A stretch of 64,000 nucleotides of DNA from Basidiobolus meristosporus CBS 931.73. Its lineage: Eukaryota > Fungi > Basidiobolomycota. The notes beneath the pieces were generated by a model. It had not been told where the DNA came from. It was given only the letters and a program-made list of their open reading frames with translations, and did not search any database. This document shows positions 13,325 to 25,791 of the stretch, piece by piece. Numbering within the stretch: the first letter of the stretch is position 1; every line of letters begins with the position of its first letter. Position numbers and translations under genes: made by a program. The stretch is taken from contig MCFE01000074.1 in the NCBI GenBank assembly GCA_002104905.1, positions 121,106 to 185,105 on the forward strand. The letters are read 5' to 3'.

Positions 13325-14401
13325 ATGTTTAAACGCGTACGAAGAGATTCCTGTGGATTACTAAACGAAGAGGGATTAGAGATCGAACTTCAACATGATG
13401 TGCTAACGATGCATGGATCGCCGACCGAGTCGGTGGGCTGTGTGCTGAGCGGGGCGTTGAAATTGAACCTCGTGGAATCGTTGAAGGTGAAAGTCGATCA
13501 CCTTGAAGTTCATCGGCAGAGTCAAGATTGATGGCAATCCTGGTAGGTTCAGGGACCCATTGACTGTCCATGGTTGCAAGAGGCTAACCTTCTTCTGATA
13601 GATCTTCCTCGGCAGGACTTGGAACTGGTCCAACACAAATGGACCTTCCTGGAGGCGGAGCAGGACCACTACCTTATGGCCCCCCACAACTACAGCTATC
13701 CTTTCGAGCTTCCCTTGCCGGGAAATCTACCCGAGTCCGTCGAGGTGAACTACGGACGGATATTCTATCGTCTGATTGCTGTGGTTGAGCGGCCTGCGTT
13801 CCGCTTCGATATCAAAAAGGTCAAAGACATTGATATCAAGAGAGCTCCACTCGCTTCAGTGGACGATCTGCTGCAGCCTACGATGGCGGCAGGAGTGTGG
13901 GCGGACAAGTTAGCGTACCACATCGCCATTCCAGACACCACGTACACCATCGGCGACACGTTCCCAGTCGCATTCAGTTTTTGCATGCTGGACTCGAGGC
14001 TTAAAATCCGGAAGATCTCGCTCGTGCTACGCGAGTTTGTGTACTACAACATCTGTGGAGCAGATCCGGTCACAAGAACGTACGACGTCCACGGCGTGGG
14101 CCAGATGTGTCCAGATGAGTGCACGAGCGCCTGGGAAGGCTCGCTGAACCTTCAGGTTCCCAAGAGCACCTACTACGACTGCGAATCCAAGTTCATTCGT
14201 GTCTTCCACAAGTTCTTTGTGGAGATCGAACTATATCAGGACAACGGCGATATCCGCCTGCTGCATGTCTTGCTTCGAGTTGGGGTTCGGTCAGCCATTC
14301 AAAACGAGCTCTCTCAGTCTCCACCCAGATACCAGCAGTTCACCAGCTCGTCGGGGATGCCTCCGCCACCATATTCATACTCCAATATCGCATGTGCCTA
14401 A
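13325..14401 (+). CDS. Alpha-arrestin (ART-family ubiquitin-ligase adaptor); one intron 13543-13601; apparent 1-nt frameshift near 13491
   Basis: LEIELQHDVLTMHG..GCVLSGAL, YPFELPLPGNLPESVE..GRIFYRL, C-terminal PPRY and PPPY motifs. Intron GTAGGT...GCTAAC...TAG. Confidence 0.85.
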
Positions 14402-14857
14402 ATCACCCCCATCTTGTAGATAACATACATCCCGCTAATACTTCGGTGTAAATAACCAACCATCCATTCGTTCACACTCCAACATTGCATGCGCCTAAAG
14501 TATTCATCGTCTCGTAAAAAACGTACGATCCACTGATACTTCGGTGTAAATAACCAACTATCCAAGTCAAATAAAACCATCCATTCGTTCATACTCCATC
14601 ACTTGCACCCCATTGGTCCCTCTTTCAGGAGTGGTAGGATTCATGCATATAAGCGAAGCAGGTTTGGAATGCCACTGCTGCTATGCCTAGTGGACTTACA
14701 AATTCCTTAGTGAACGAGCAGCCTTGATTGATTTCTGGTGGAGGGAGTCACGGAGCGTGCATCAATTAATGTACAGCTTCTCCTGGGTGGGATGGCATTA
14801 GCCTTTCGGAGTGTATAAAGCCAACCGCATGATGGTCGTTTCCCGCATTCAAAAAGC

Positions 14858-16030
14858 ATGGGGGCTTACTCTGGAACCCAAAATCACATCAGCGACCACC
14901 AGGCAAACATCATCAGTCAAGAGACCATTTGGACAAATGTCATCTCGATGATCATGGCCTTCACGGTCGTCATCGTCTACTTCGGCATCTTCCTATGCAA
15001 CAGACGTCTGGTGGATCGCGTAACTCTCAGACTGACCGTGGCCAGCTCTATATCCGACTTGATTTACAGTGCATCCATGCTTTGGGGTGCATTTATCACT
15101 GCCGATGGGTTGGACTGCCAAATTTTCATGTGGAGCTTTGTAGAGTTCACCCTTCTCCCGCTGTTCCTCAGTATCGCCATCGCTACCAACCTTTGCGCCG
15201 TGTATCTCCTCGGGATCCGGCAGACTCAGCGATTCGAGGCTTACTACTACGGAGTCCCCATTCTGCTATCTCTGGCAATCTCCATCCCCTTGCCAGTATT
15301 CCATCGGTTTGGTTGGTTAGACGATGCGAAGCTTTGTTGGTATGCTCCCAACGGCCGAGAAACGCTGATCTGGCTATCGTTGACCTATCACCTCTGGATT
15401 ATCCTGAGCGTAATCATACTGATCGTCCAGGTGGCCTTCCTTATCCGCAAACTCAAGTCCGACCAGGACATCAACGTTCAATCGGTCAAGCCGGGGGAAA
15501 AGATCTCCAAGACTGTGACCACGATTGAGAAGAGAATGGACAAAACAGTCCAAAGAGTCCTCGCCAGGGTTCTTCTCTACCCATTGGTCCCCACCGTCAC
15601 CCAGAGTTTGAGTATCATTGTTTACATGAATGCGTTCAGCAGTGGCTACTGGAACTTTGGTTTGATGTTTTCCTGGTGTTTTTTCGCCGCCATCCAAGCC
15701 ACCTTGAACGCCGTTGTATTTTTCTTTGATCCCGCCGTGCATAATACTTGGAAGCAGCTTAAGGAACATCTGAAACAAACCTATGCTCAGGACCTTAGTA
15801 GTGAAGACACTTCGGAATGGACGAGGACAAGAAGGGCTAAACTCTGGGCGGTCAGCAAGATTGTAGGGCCAATCAAAGCTACGCAAGTTGGTTACTTTAG
15901 CAACAACTCATACCTCCAGGCTATGTCCCTATTTATCGTTACCAAAACTGACATCAAAATACCTGAAGGTGTGGTCGACACAACAATCCAAGTGGATGAA
16001 GACGTCATGGAGTCATTATCTTACTACTAA
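14858..16030 (+). CDS. 7TM receptor, cAMP-receptor-like/Git3-like GPCR
   Basis: 390 aa intronless ORF with about seven hydrophobic segments, DRVTLRL, extracellular C..CW, RVLLYPLV. Confidence 0.75.
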   Translation: MGAYSGTQNHISDHQANIISQETIWTNVISMIMAFTVVIVYFGIFLCNRRLVDRVTLRLTVASSISDLIYSASMLWGAFITADGLDCQIFMWSFVEFTLLPLFLSIAIATNLCAVYLLGIRQTQRFEAYYYGVPILLSLAISIPLPVFHRFGWLDDAKLCWYAPNGRETLIWLSLTYHLWIILSVIILIVQVAFLIRKLKSDQDINVQSVKPGEKISKTVTTIEKRMDKTVQRVLARVLLYPLVPTVTQSLSIIVYMNAFSSGYWNFGLMFSWCFFAAIQATLNAVVFFFDPAVHNTWKQLKEHLKQTYAQDLSSEDTSEWTRTRRAKLWAVSKIVGPIKATQVGYFSNNSYLQAMSLFIVTKTDIKIPEGVVDTTIQVDEDVMESLSYY

Positions 16031-16217
16031 GCAATGAGCATTTGTACAATGTAGTAACCATCATAATATGTAATATAGTGTAGTATTTTATTTTAATTTA
16101 ACCAGAAAACCTTGGTTGAAGTGGAAATGCCATAAATGCACGGATCGAGAGTTTCAAATTACCACATATCAACAGTCCATCCATCTTCACCGTGATCCTT
16201 AGTATTATATCTTTCTC

Positions 16218-19200
16218 ATGACGGTCAAGGAAGTGATACGCTTCATTGCCAAGGAGTTCCATAAATCCAGTCGTTGGTCAAGAGGATTTTGATAACCTAG
16301 TGTATCTTGACGATTTTGTTGCTTCTTTTGATGGAGATGATGGTGATTTGGATAAACTATCGTTAGAGCTTCAGCAGTTGTATATGAATTCCTCCCAACC
16401 GGCAGATTCGGAGACCCTTAGCGCTCAGCACTTAATCCTTCTCAAATGTTTACGAAAACTACTGTTTCTGTTAGGCGAGGAGCGCTTTGTGAGTGATTGG
16501 TGGGAGCCATTCATCAAACCACTGTTATGCTCACAGAATCGGTACCGACCGCTTGTGGATGAATGTAACGGACTCATCCTAGATGCCATGTCGTTTAAAC
16601 CTTCCGAAATTTCCTCTCAAGCCTTTGATTTCCGCCAACTGGTGTTTGATCTGTACCTTAGTCAGCCTGAATCCAGTATTCTTGAACGTACCTGGCTCGA
16701 AAACCTGGAGAAAATCTTACTCTCATACGGCTCGTTACATATAAAGGTCAGTCCTCGATAGCTTTTGGACTCGGCTGCCCTCGCAGCGTAGATAGGGCAA
16801 ATGCGATATGGTTCTTCTTGGCTTACCAAACTTACCGATCCATAGGATTTTTTCGTCGTCATAAACGAGTATTTCGTGAAGAGAGCCTCTCGTCTACAGG
16901 TTTTGGTGCTCCTGGTGAATTTCCTGCGTCGTCAGGTATTCTATTTATTGGCTACTGTTGGTCTGACGCGATACTCACCCCTAATCTGCACCAGGACATT
17001 CACGTTCACTACATCACTCAATCCACGCTGTTAGATTCGATCATTCAATCGCTACTGGTATTTGAGCATAGCATTGGTGATGTCTGAGCGCACACACACT
17101 GAACTTTTTCTTTAAGATTGACACCTCTGTCACCACCCTCACCATGGGCTTGACGGTTCTATCGATGCTGCTTCCGCATATTGTCCCTGTCTTGCCGGCG
17201 CTACTCCCAAAGCTATTGGTCATCATTAGTCGAATGCTATGCTGGGGCCGAGACAAGAGCAATGCGAATGAAGAGAAGTCTACCACCAATTGGGAGATTG
17301 ACGGTAATTTCACATTCTTGCTCGGTTAGCGAGAGCGTTTACTCACGTGCCTGCAGAAGCCTCCATGGATGAGGATCTGATTGCACCAAACGCCAGCGTA
17401 GTGTTTACACTTGTGTATGGTATTTTCCCCTGCAACCTGATCAAGTTCATCAGATCCCCCACCGAATATGTCGAGCTCTACCAAGCTGCTATGGAGTCAG
17501 AGTCGAAGTTTCCTTGGATTGAGGAGGATACCGACCAATTACGTTCAAAAGCCCAGGTAATTATTCGCAGCATTGGACGACGTTTCTTCTCTGCTCTAAC
17601 CATCCCTCGTTCAGACGTATTTATCTCAACATATTTCCCACCCGAATTTCGTCATTTCGGACGTAGCATCGGAGCTGAAGAATATTTCACAGTGGTTCAA
17701 GTTGGAGCCGTCGGATATCGTCGTGGAATGTCTCAAATACCGTCTAGGGGAACACAGGAACGGAGAGATGGCCCCAGCAAAGCGCAACAATATCTACAAT
17801 CTCAAGCTGACGCCGCTTCGGACTTGATTAAGAGGCAACCGGTAGCAGCTCCTGCGGGAGGAATGGCCTCGTTTGATGTTGACAATGATGAATGGCCCCA
17901 AGCATCGGCCAGCCTGCCGCTGGATCAGGCGAAGCCACAGGCCAATGAACCAGACCAGACATCTGAGAGCCTGATGAAGGATGAACAGCAATCCTCTCTG
18001 GTTGACATCATCAAGATCCATAAGGCACTCAAGCAAGGCATGGAGATTACCAATTGGGATCCCTGGGTAGATATGCAAGATGCTCAAGAATGTCCCTGGC
18101 AAACGTTACTAATTTTTTCATTTCATGAAATCTAGCAAATGTTGAAGATCAACACCTACTCGACGGAGTACAACAACTTCACGTTGAAATACGGATTCTC
18201 AGAGGCAGATCTCACCGATCAGGAGAAGGTGAAATTCCTTCAAAGGGAGGTCTTGCTGCTGAAAAACGAGATCAACTTCGAGACATACTTGAAGCAACAA
18301 TACATGCAGCAGATGGGTAGGCTTCACCGTGATCGAATGGTGGAAAGTACGGTGGAGGCCGAACGTCAGACAATGGTTCGTATTTATTGGGCTCGGCTGC
18401 AGAGTTTCATTCCACTGACCAAGGTTTATCAAACAGTACAATACCTGTCGCTCACTACAGGCAGAGGTACGCGTGCTCAAGGAGACGCTCAGCCGACAAA
18501 GGGCAGAAGCTGGCGCCACCAAATCAAAGCACGTCAACTGGGAAAACGAGCTGAACAACAAGCTCCGTAGATACCGGGATGAACGAAAGAAATGGAACTC
18601 CGAGTCGCTCCATCTCAGGCAAAAGATCCAAGAATGCGAGGTGTGTACAACTTGATCCGCAAGGCGGGCGAACTCCACTAACCCAATCTTCCTAGGATGT
18701 CAATTCCCAACAGCTTCAACAACTGGAATCGGTGAATGCAAGGTATGAAAGGTGAAGGTGACATGGAGGATTTCTCATTGATTCTGGAATGCTATAGGAT
18801 CTTTGAGTTGGAAAACCAAATTATGATTCAGGATACAATGGTCCAGAAGATTCAGGAATACGAGAAGCGTATCGAACAGCTTACAGGGCAACTGTCACTC
18901 TGGTTAGGACTCATTCTAGAATGCATCATTCGACTCTAGATTCTGAACGGGGATTTTTAGGGAAGAGGAGCGACAATCGATGAGCCTACAATCTAAGCGA
19001 TTGGAAACATTCATTGGCCATTGGAAAATAATGGAATCTGCCCTAAATGCGGCAGAGGACACCATTCACGCGTTGAATGGAAAGGCAAGGTAATATCCCG
19101 CACCCCGTTCTCTTTGGAGGGAAAAAAAATTCCTGACCGATGTTCTACTTGGTATTTATGCAGTGAGCAAGAACAGAAGATCATCCAGCTGACACAACGC

Positions 19201-19623
19201 CAAGTTGGCGAAGAGGCTGCGGCCCAAAAGGAGCTGGTGAAGAGCAAATTGGTTCGTTCAGGATTGACCTTGGCTTCACCCATCCCGTGGCTAACCACTA
19301 GCTCTCACTTAGCACGAGATCCTCGAAACCCAGACCTCGAAGATCAACCAGGAGCTCCAAGAGAAGACCACCGCGTTGGAGGATATCAAGACGCGAAATA
19401 TCCAACTGCAGGTAGGACGAGGAGAACCCAAACACCCAGAGGGCAATTTATTTATTCGGGGGGGCTTCGACATATTTAGGAACTTGTCCTGCAGCTTAAA
19501 GCCGACCTGGAGATCGCCAAGGAAGCCCAGCACAGCCGCAGTCCGGACCAAGAGGACCAACCCTACCAGACACAGCAGACGCTTCCGCCGGAGCTGGAAG
19601 AGTTCATGCATCACACTTCGTAA
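16218..19623 (+). CDS. TSC1: Hamartin (TSC1), multi-exon; possible frameshift near 16245-16290
   Basis: VFTLVYGIFPCNLIKFIR and LKNEINFETYLKQQYMQQMGRLHR motifs plus C-terminal coiled coil. Stop TAA at 19621-19623 deduced by manual splicing. Confidence 0.85.
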
Positions 19624-19834
19624 GTTGAAAGAGGTAACCAACCACCACCCCTCTGCCCAACACCTGTCGCAGCGTATCTTTGTACATACTACATACTTTA
19701 CAGGCACCACGCCCCATCCATGACTCAATAAAGCTCATTCTGTACGGGAGTGGGATCATAGGATTATTATTAATGCCAATTGTTCAGCAAGTCTATTTAC
19801 AGCCAAGGAGGGAGCATAGATAGTCAATGAAGGA

Positions 19835-20870
19835 TCAGGAGAACTCCTCGTATTTGGGCGGATGGAGCACCGCGTGGTCGTACGTCGGAAGGGAGTCCTC
19901 CAGGTTCTTCAGGTTGGCCGAGAGGATTCGGATGGGTAAATGCAAGGTTAGATATTGACGATCTCCGGAGGAATCCACCAGGTCCAACCGGATAGATATA
20001 TAGTGCTTGAGCCTCACGTAGTGAGTGTTGGAGTCCGCCTCGATCAGCTGCGAATTGGTGGGGATGTTGAGCTCGAAGAGCTGCTCTCCGTCATTGGCGC
20101 CTACCTTCCAAGGGTTGTTCAGTCTGCTTACTCGGTGCACATGCATCTTGGACCAGTTCTTCAAGGCGGTCCTATACTTGGTGGCCTCCATGAGACGAAG
20201 GTGGATTCGCTTCATGCGGACGCCGGTTCTCAGGGGGATCACCCCTACGGTGATGGGTATGGATTCGCCTATCGTGTACGATGTGGTGGGGATCAACACG
20301 TAGAACTGGCACTGGTCCGGCAGCTCCCCGGCCCTGTGGGTAGGCTGCTGCCACTCGAAAGACGATGGGGAAAGCGTGCGCTCGATCTGGATGCATCTCT
20401 CGACACTCAGGACCGACCGGATCCCCTGTCGCTTGACGAGCCCGCCAAGCAGATAAGAAATGTTCCCCCGTCTGGCCCGTATACTCTCCGGGACGTCCCC
20501 GTTGAGCGCGATCTGGAATTCGTACTTGTACACGCCCGGCTGAAATCCCTGGTACTCGCCCTCCGGCAGCTGCAGGAAGCTCTGCTGGTAGCTGGCGAAC
20601 GAGTCCCGATAAAATTTCCCCGCTTGGCGAGAGGAGAGCAGGTTAATTCCGAACAAGGGCTCGATGCGATGCGATGTGATGTGATGTATAGTTACCATTG
20701 ATGAAAGCATTGCCGTTGAAATTCAACTCGATCCGATTGATCCTGGATGCCCGCTTGATGGTCAGTATCAACCACCCCCGCAGCACACATCCAGCAGACT
20801 CCTCACTCGTCCCTCGTAGCACGATATGGTCGTTCTCCAGCTGAATCTCTAACGAATCCCGACTCCACAT
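19835..20870 (-). CDS. Second alpha-arrestin; one intron 20623-20695
   Basis: MWSRDSLEIQLENDHIVLRG..GCVLRG, YKYEFQIALNGDVPESI..GNISYLL, C-terminal LPTY and PPKY motifs. Confidence 0.88.
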
Positions 20871-21358
20871 CTTCAATGGCTTGGACAACACGAAGCGCCC
20901 GCACTTATATACCACTTGCGGGGAACAATGCCCAGGCTGAGTGGGATTTGTTTCAATCGCACGCGATTGTTCAACGGATCCCCGATTATCTGGTTGAAGG
21001 CTGTTGTGGATGAAACCAATGCAGGTAATGTGAGCATTTCCAGGAATCCTCAGTGAGCCATCATTATTCATGATGAACCAACTACTTCGACCTCTCAACT
21101 GATGGTCGACACTAAGACGTCCTGAAATCGGTGGCTCGTACTGAATGGGATACGATGTGATGTGATGTGATCAGTTTTTTATTAATCCGGTTCTTTATGC
21201 TAGGGGCAGATTGAGCTTCTCCGACGCCCTTCCCAACTGCCGTGCTGGTATGATTAAGAATGGATGATCTATACATTAACAAAAAGATCCCATTTCCCGA
21301 GGCGGGGGATTTGATGGCAGAACGTATGCGGACACATGGATGCAAGGCTCATGGAAAC

Positions 21359-22249
21359 TCAACGGAACTCGAAGGATGGCGCCCCTCTCTGTGGGATATG
21401 CTTCAGGGTTAGCTGCTGGAACCACTCGGAGTTCTGGGCGGATTAAGAGATTCGGTTAGATGTGAACATCATGAATAAACAAACATTTTCCACCCACTTG
21501 ATGGTAGTAATATCCGGTGATCGTCCCGGTGGATACTTGAAAGCAGATATAGTAGAACCCTGCGAAGCTAGCCCCGTGGATGGATCGAACTCGGTGGTCA
21601 GGAACCAGGAAATGCTCTTTCCAACGCATGAAGATGTAGTCCTGGTTCTTGAAGTCGTATTGGAAATTATCTTTGTTGAACGTTTTGGAGAACTGTTTGA
21701 AGGCGGGGAATTTCATCTATACGCAACGCAACATGTCAGCACTTTCCCGTACCCCATCTCAAGAGAACGCGAACTTGTCGCTTACCCAGTGCTGTCTATC
21801 GATTATCTCGTCTGCTTCCCACTTCCTTGTCAAAAATGGATGCTTCGGTCCGATAATCTCGGCATCGAAAAACGTGGTCAACTCCGGGTAATCGTCCGTG
21901 AGCCCTTGGATGTGCAGGTAACCACAAAGGTAAGAGTCGCTCAGATCGACATGCTGTGAAAGAAAGGGCACGGGTGAGAAATTTCGGGTGAAGGAGAAGT
22001 CGGGCCAACAGTGTTGATATTTACTTGGATGTCTACTGTGACCTCGTATCCGCTTTTCCCGCTCATCTGCTCCCCTCGGAATTTGCTGCCCGAGTATAGA
22101 GTACAAGTGCCACTAGGAGTGAGTCGAACGGAAGAAAGATCAGTTGCGAAGCTGGATTTCTTCAAGGGGCCGACTGATAGGGCCTTGAAATTAGAAGACT
22201 TCGGGTATTCCTTCTGTAAATTTTGATAGTCGATAGAAGTTGAAGGCAT
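21359..22249 (-). CDS. GID4: GID4/Vid24, substrate receptor of the GID ubiquitin ligase; multi-exon
   Basis: [55 protein letters not shown], final exon [10 protein letters not shown]. Confidence 0.93.
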
Positions 22250-23236
22250 GTTTATGTGTGGATGGTTAAGTAGCGGTCAATTAAGAACTGGGCTCTTGAG
22301 GGGGGGGCGGTTACTAAAGATGTGACGGTTAGAAAAGTCAGGACTGGATCTAAAGAAGATGTAGACCTGATATAAAAGAATATTTTTAGAATCTGATTGG
22401 ATTCGTTGATGATAAATCAATGGGCGTGTCAAGTGATCTGTTCAGAAATTTACAGTAATCGAACAACAATCGAATAATTCGATCCTCCTTGTGGCTAGTT
22501 CGAAACACACTGGACCATGAACATCCAGGCTCCCCAAGCCTCGCTGTACATTACGGAGAATATTCATCTGCAGCACTCTATTGTTGGATCACCTGATTAC
22601 CGAGGTTGACACCTCAGTAGCGTACATGTCATCAAGTCACACAGGATGTAATGAGGCTTTCTTCATTGATATGGCCTCTACATTGTACTTGGATAACACA
22701 CTAGTGGAGTGGCTCGCTAGGATTCACAGGTTCTCGATTAACTCTCCATTACCGTAACAAACCGTACTCTCGAACAGGATGAGTCTTGGGATTTGCATGC
22801 GTACCGCTAGACTCCAGAGTATCAGGGCAAAATCCCAAACCGTGGTGACAGATCTTTTTATACACGTTCTATACGGATTCACAGTGATTTACGGGCATGG
22901 GGTAGAGGGGTGCTCTATCAAGTCATCCCACAGGAATCAAGCATGAAACCTATTTAGGCATGGTATCGGTTGGGGATTGGTATACCCACAGCGATTATTC
23001 ACATTGACTAAGATAGACTATATGCGCGCAAGATAAACGTTATCTATCGTTATCATCATGGCTATCGGATCTTATCGAGAGATAAAATTTAGGTTTCTAT
23101 TAATGTTCTCCGACGAGAAGTTCGAAAAAAACTTGCGCTATGCAGTAAAAGTGGTCCATGTCTATGTCGATACATTTCGTGGGAGGTGGGAATGTCATAA
23201 AGGAACTCGTGAAAAACAATCAAAATCCGGGTCAAA

Positions 23237-23836
23237 TCATTCTAGTTCCGAGAGGAACTTCTGGATTCCAAGCGGAAGTAACTTGTGCTCTACCAAGTGA
23301 ATTCTTTCTTCCAAATCTTCGAGCTTATCCTCAGGTAGAATAGGTACTTCTTGGGTGAGGATAGGGAGTCCTCTGTCTACGGCCGGGATAACCTTGTGAA
23401 CCATTACTCCCGTACGAGTGAGCTTTCCTTCTTGAAAGGCTTGGTAGGCTCTCTCGATAGCATGGGCACCGTCGAACTCACCAGGTAGGGCAGGATGCAG
23501 GTTGATCACATTTTCGGGAAAGTGCTGAAGGAATTCAGCGCTCAAAATATGCATCCAACCAGCAAGTACAATCAGGTCTGGCTTGTAGGTCAAAATCTTC
23601 TTGGCCAGGTCGACATCGTATTCGATACGAGTCTTGCCTGCATCTTTGTACGGTTTTAATGGGAATACCTCGGTGGGGATGCTGGCGTTGCTAGCCCTGG
23701 TCAGGCCATAGGCATTGGTACGGTTGGAGATAACGACGGAGATCTCCGCCTTTATCTCGCCGCTGGCCACTTGATCGATGATGGCTTGGAGATTGGAGCC
23801 ATTGCCAGAAATCAAGATAACAATTTTGGGTGCCAT
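23237..23836 (-). CDS. ADE8: Phosphoribosylglycinamide formyltransferase
   Basis: ISGNGSNLQA, LAGWMHIL, INLHPALPG, TGVMVH..VDRG. Confidence 0.96.
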   Translation of the reverse strand: MAPKIVILISGNGSNLQAIIDQVASGEIKAEISVVISNRTNAYGLTRASNASIPTEVFPLKPYKDAGKTRIEYDVDLAKKILTYKPDLIVLAGWMHILSAEFLQHFPENVINLHPALPGEFDGAHAIERAYQAFQEGKLTRTGVMVHKVIPAVDRGLPILTQEVPILPEDKLEDLEERIHLVEHKLLPLGIQKFLSELE

Positions 23837-24245
23837 TGTTGAATGAAGTTGCATTCCCGAAGATCAGCTTTATGCCGGTGGACAAGCGACGGGCGGTGCG
23901 CGAGCGGTCCAGGGCCAAGAAAGTTTTACTTGTTGCTCAATATTTATTGATCAGGCCACGTGGTAAGGGCAAGGGAAAGTACTGAAAAAATTATACATCA
24001 TAGAGCGGCAACAACGTTCGAGAGTAACGTGCAAAAAAAGAAACGCCAGGTTTGAAAAGAATAGGCCAAGAACTGAAAAACATGTCAAGATAATGCTGAT
24101 ATACGGGGACTGCGAAAGGTGGTGGTGAAGGTCCACCTGTCCTGCTGGCCTTACATCGCTCTCATACCCATGAGCTCTATAAAGCAAGCGGAATTCGACA
24201 GAGGACCTTCATCCGGTTATAGATATATGCTACTAACGATATATG

Positions 24246-25244
24246 TTAGGGTGGCCACAACATGCTGTTGCGCAAGGACGGGGCAAACACCCAATCCTGG
24301 CGCAGTATCTTTACGGAATCTTGGACTTTGGATAAAAGCTCCAAGGGTTGAACCGTGATGTCCTCATCTGTGTTCTTCCGGAATCCATGGTGTTTAGGTA
24401 AAAGGCTCAAAAGATTGGGGTTGAGCCCAAAACTGAAGATCCAAATTAGTATCCATAACACCAGGGAAATATTGTAGCTGTTGAGGCATACAGGGATTTC
24501 CATCGAACGGGAAGATGGGCCGTAAAGATTCCTCTTGAATGTTGGCAGCCTCCGCTGCTGAGAATCAGTGGAAGATGGTCGACTGACACGATCTAACAAT
24601 GACTTGGTGAGCACTGCTGACTCGCCAAAGCCACCAACAAGGAAATTAGACATCACGGGTTGCTGTTGTAGCATAGGGTTTGCATTTAACTGCGATTGGA
24701 ATTGCGCTAACTGGGCAGTGAGGGCCTCCAGTTTCTTGGCAAGGTTTGACTTTTCGTCCTCAACTCTTTTCAGGCGCATCGATAAGTTATCATTTTGCTC
24801 TTTGAGAGTGTTGTTGGATTCTTCAAGTTCGGAGATATAGCGACGTTTTCTATCTCGCGATTCTTGAGCAGCCGCTCTATTTCTGATGACTCTCTCCTTA
24901 GCACGAGCATCTTTGTCAACGACCTCACTCTTACGTTTCCGGCCGGCTTTGCTAGCAGTCCGGACGACTGGCTCGGGGGACATCGGCTCTGACGAAACTG
25001 ATGAGCTCCGGGCAGGGGAAAGCGAGCCAGATCGCAGAGCGTTGTTCTCTACTTCATTATCTGGAGAGTGTGTTGGAGTCGGAGGGAGTGAGCCTTGAGA
25101 GGAACTGGGGAAATAGGAAGGCTGCGTAACAAGAGAGAAGGTTTGAAAAAAGTCAGTCTTGTCTGACGTCGCCACATCCACATCCTGTAGCAAAGGGCTG
25201 CCAAGAAAATTTGGCATCAAGGAGTTTGCTGGGATAGAGGACAT
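24246..25244 (-). CDS. HAC1: bZIP unfolded-protein-response factor, HAC1/XBP1-like; predicted spliced form ends at 24394
   Basis: GRKRK..ERVIRNRAAAQESRDRKR bZIP, followed by two CNG/CNGN stem-loops typical of IRE1 sites. Confidence 0.85.
   Translation of the reverse strand: MSSIPANSLMPNFLGSPLLQDVDVATSDKTDFFQTFSLVTQPSYFPSSSQGSLPPTPTHSPDNEVENNALRSGSLSPARSSSVSSEPMSPEPVVRTASKAGRKRKSEVVDKDARAKERVIRNRAAAQESRDRKRRYISELEESNNTLKEQNDNLSMRLKRVEDEKSNLAKKLEALTAQLAQFQSQLNANPMLQQQPVMSNFLVGGFGESAVLTKSLLDRVSRPSSTDSQQRRLPTFKRNLYGPSSRSMEIPVCLNSYNISLVLWILIWIFSFGLNPNLLSLLPKHHGFRKNTDEDITVQPLELLSKVQDSVKILRQDWVFAPSLRNSMLWPP
24558..24616 (-). other. Predicted 59-nt IRE1-excised unconventional intron
   Basis: 5' site gagt[CAG^CAGT]gctc and 3' site ttct[CAG^CAGC]ggag, each a 7-nt loop on a short stem. 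59 mod 3 = 2. Confidence 0.75.
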
Positions 25245-25791
25245 GGCGACGTTAGAGGGGCGCGGGTGAGAGGGTTGGGGGATATGAGCAGCAAATGTGG
25301 GACTTTGCCGAATGTTGGTAACAAATGATATTCGGAGAGGAGGGAACGGGTGAAAAGAGCAGCTCTGGGTCTTTTGAGGAAAAATATACATGAATAACGG
25401 CGGTACATAGTGATTGGCTGACGGGATAACCTTCCCTTACGGCAGGGACCAAATGTACAATAGATGGTTATCATGGTAGCGGGCAACTCCTAATAGAGCA
25501 CAGAGCGAAGGTCCACCAATCAAAACGCTTGTGGGATCCACATGACATTTCTAGAAATCTACAAATACTGATACGTGCATAATATACGATCTCGAGATAA
25601 CCCTGAGATATCTTCCAATATGTTTAAATGTAGACGTGTTGAGGCTCATTGGGTCATCACGACATTAACTCATAACTTGTGGTTTAACTCTGGTTTGTCT
25701 TCAACATTTGTATATATATATTTATAGGTTCATGCAGGCTTAACTACACCAATCAATTGTGGAAGAGATAGATACATCTTAGAAACAACAT

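Noticed and set aside
19955-20701. Long antisense or alternate-frame ORFs (also 14929-15528, 31392-32507, 36988-37569, 57517-57978, 61619-62080)
   Set aside because: Shadows of well-supported genes or of the LINE ORF, with no recognisable motifs.
20660-21175. GATGT/GATGC pentamer runs at ~20663-20687 and ~21151-21172
   Set aside because: Simple microsatellites in an intron and an intergenic region; no spacer structure, so not CRISPR-like.
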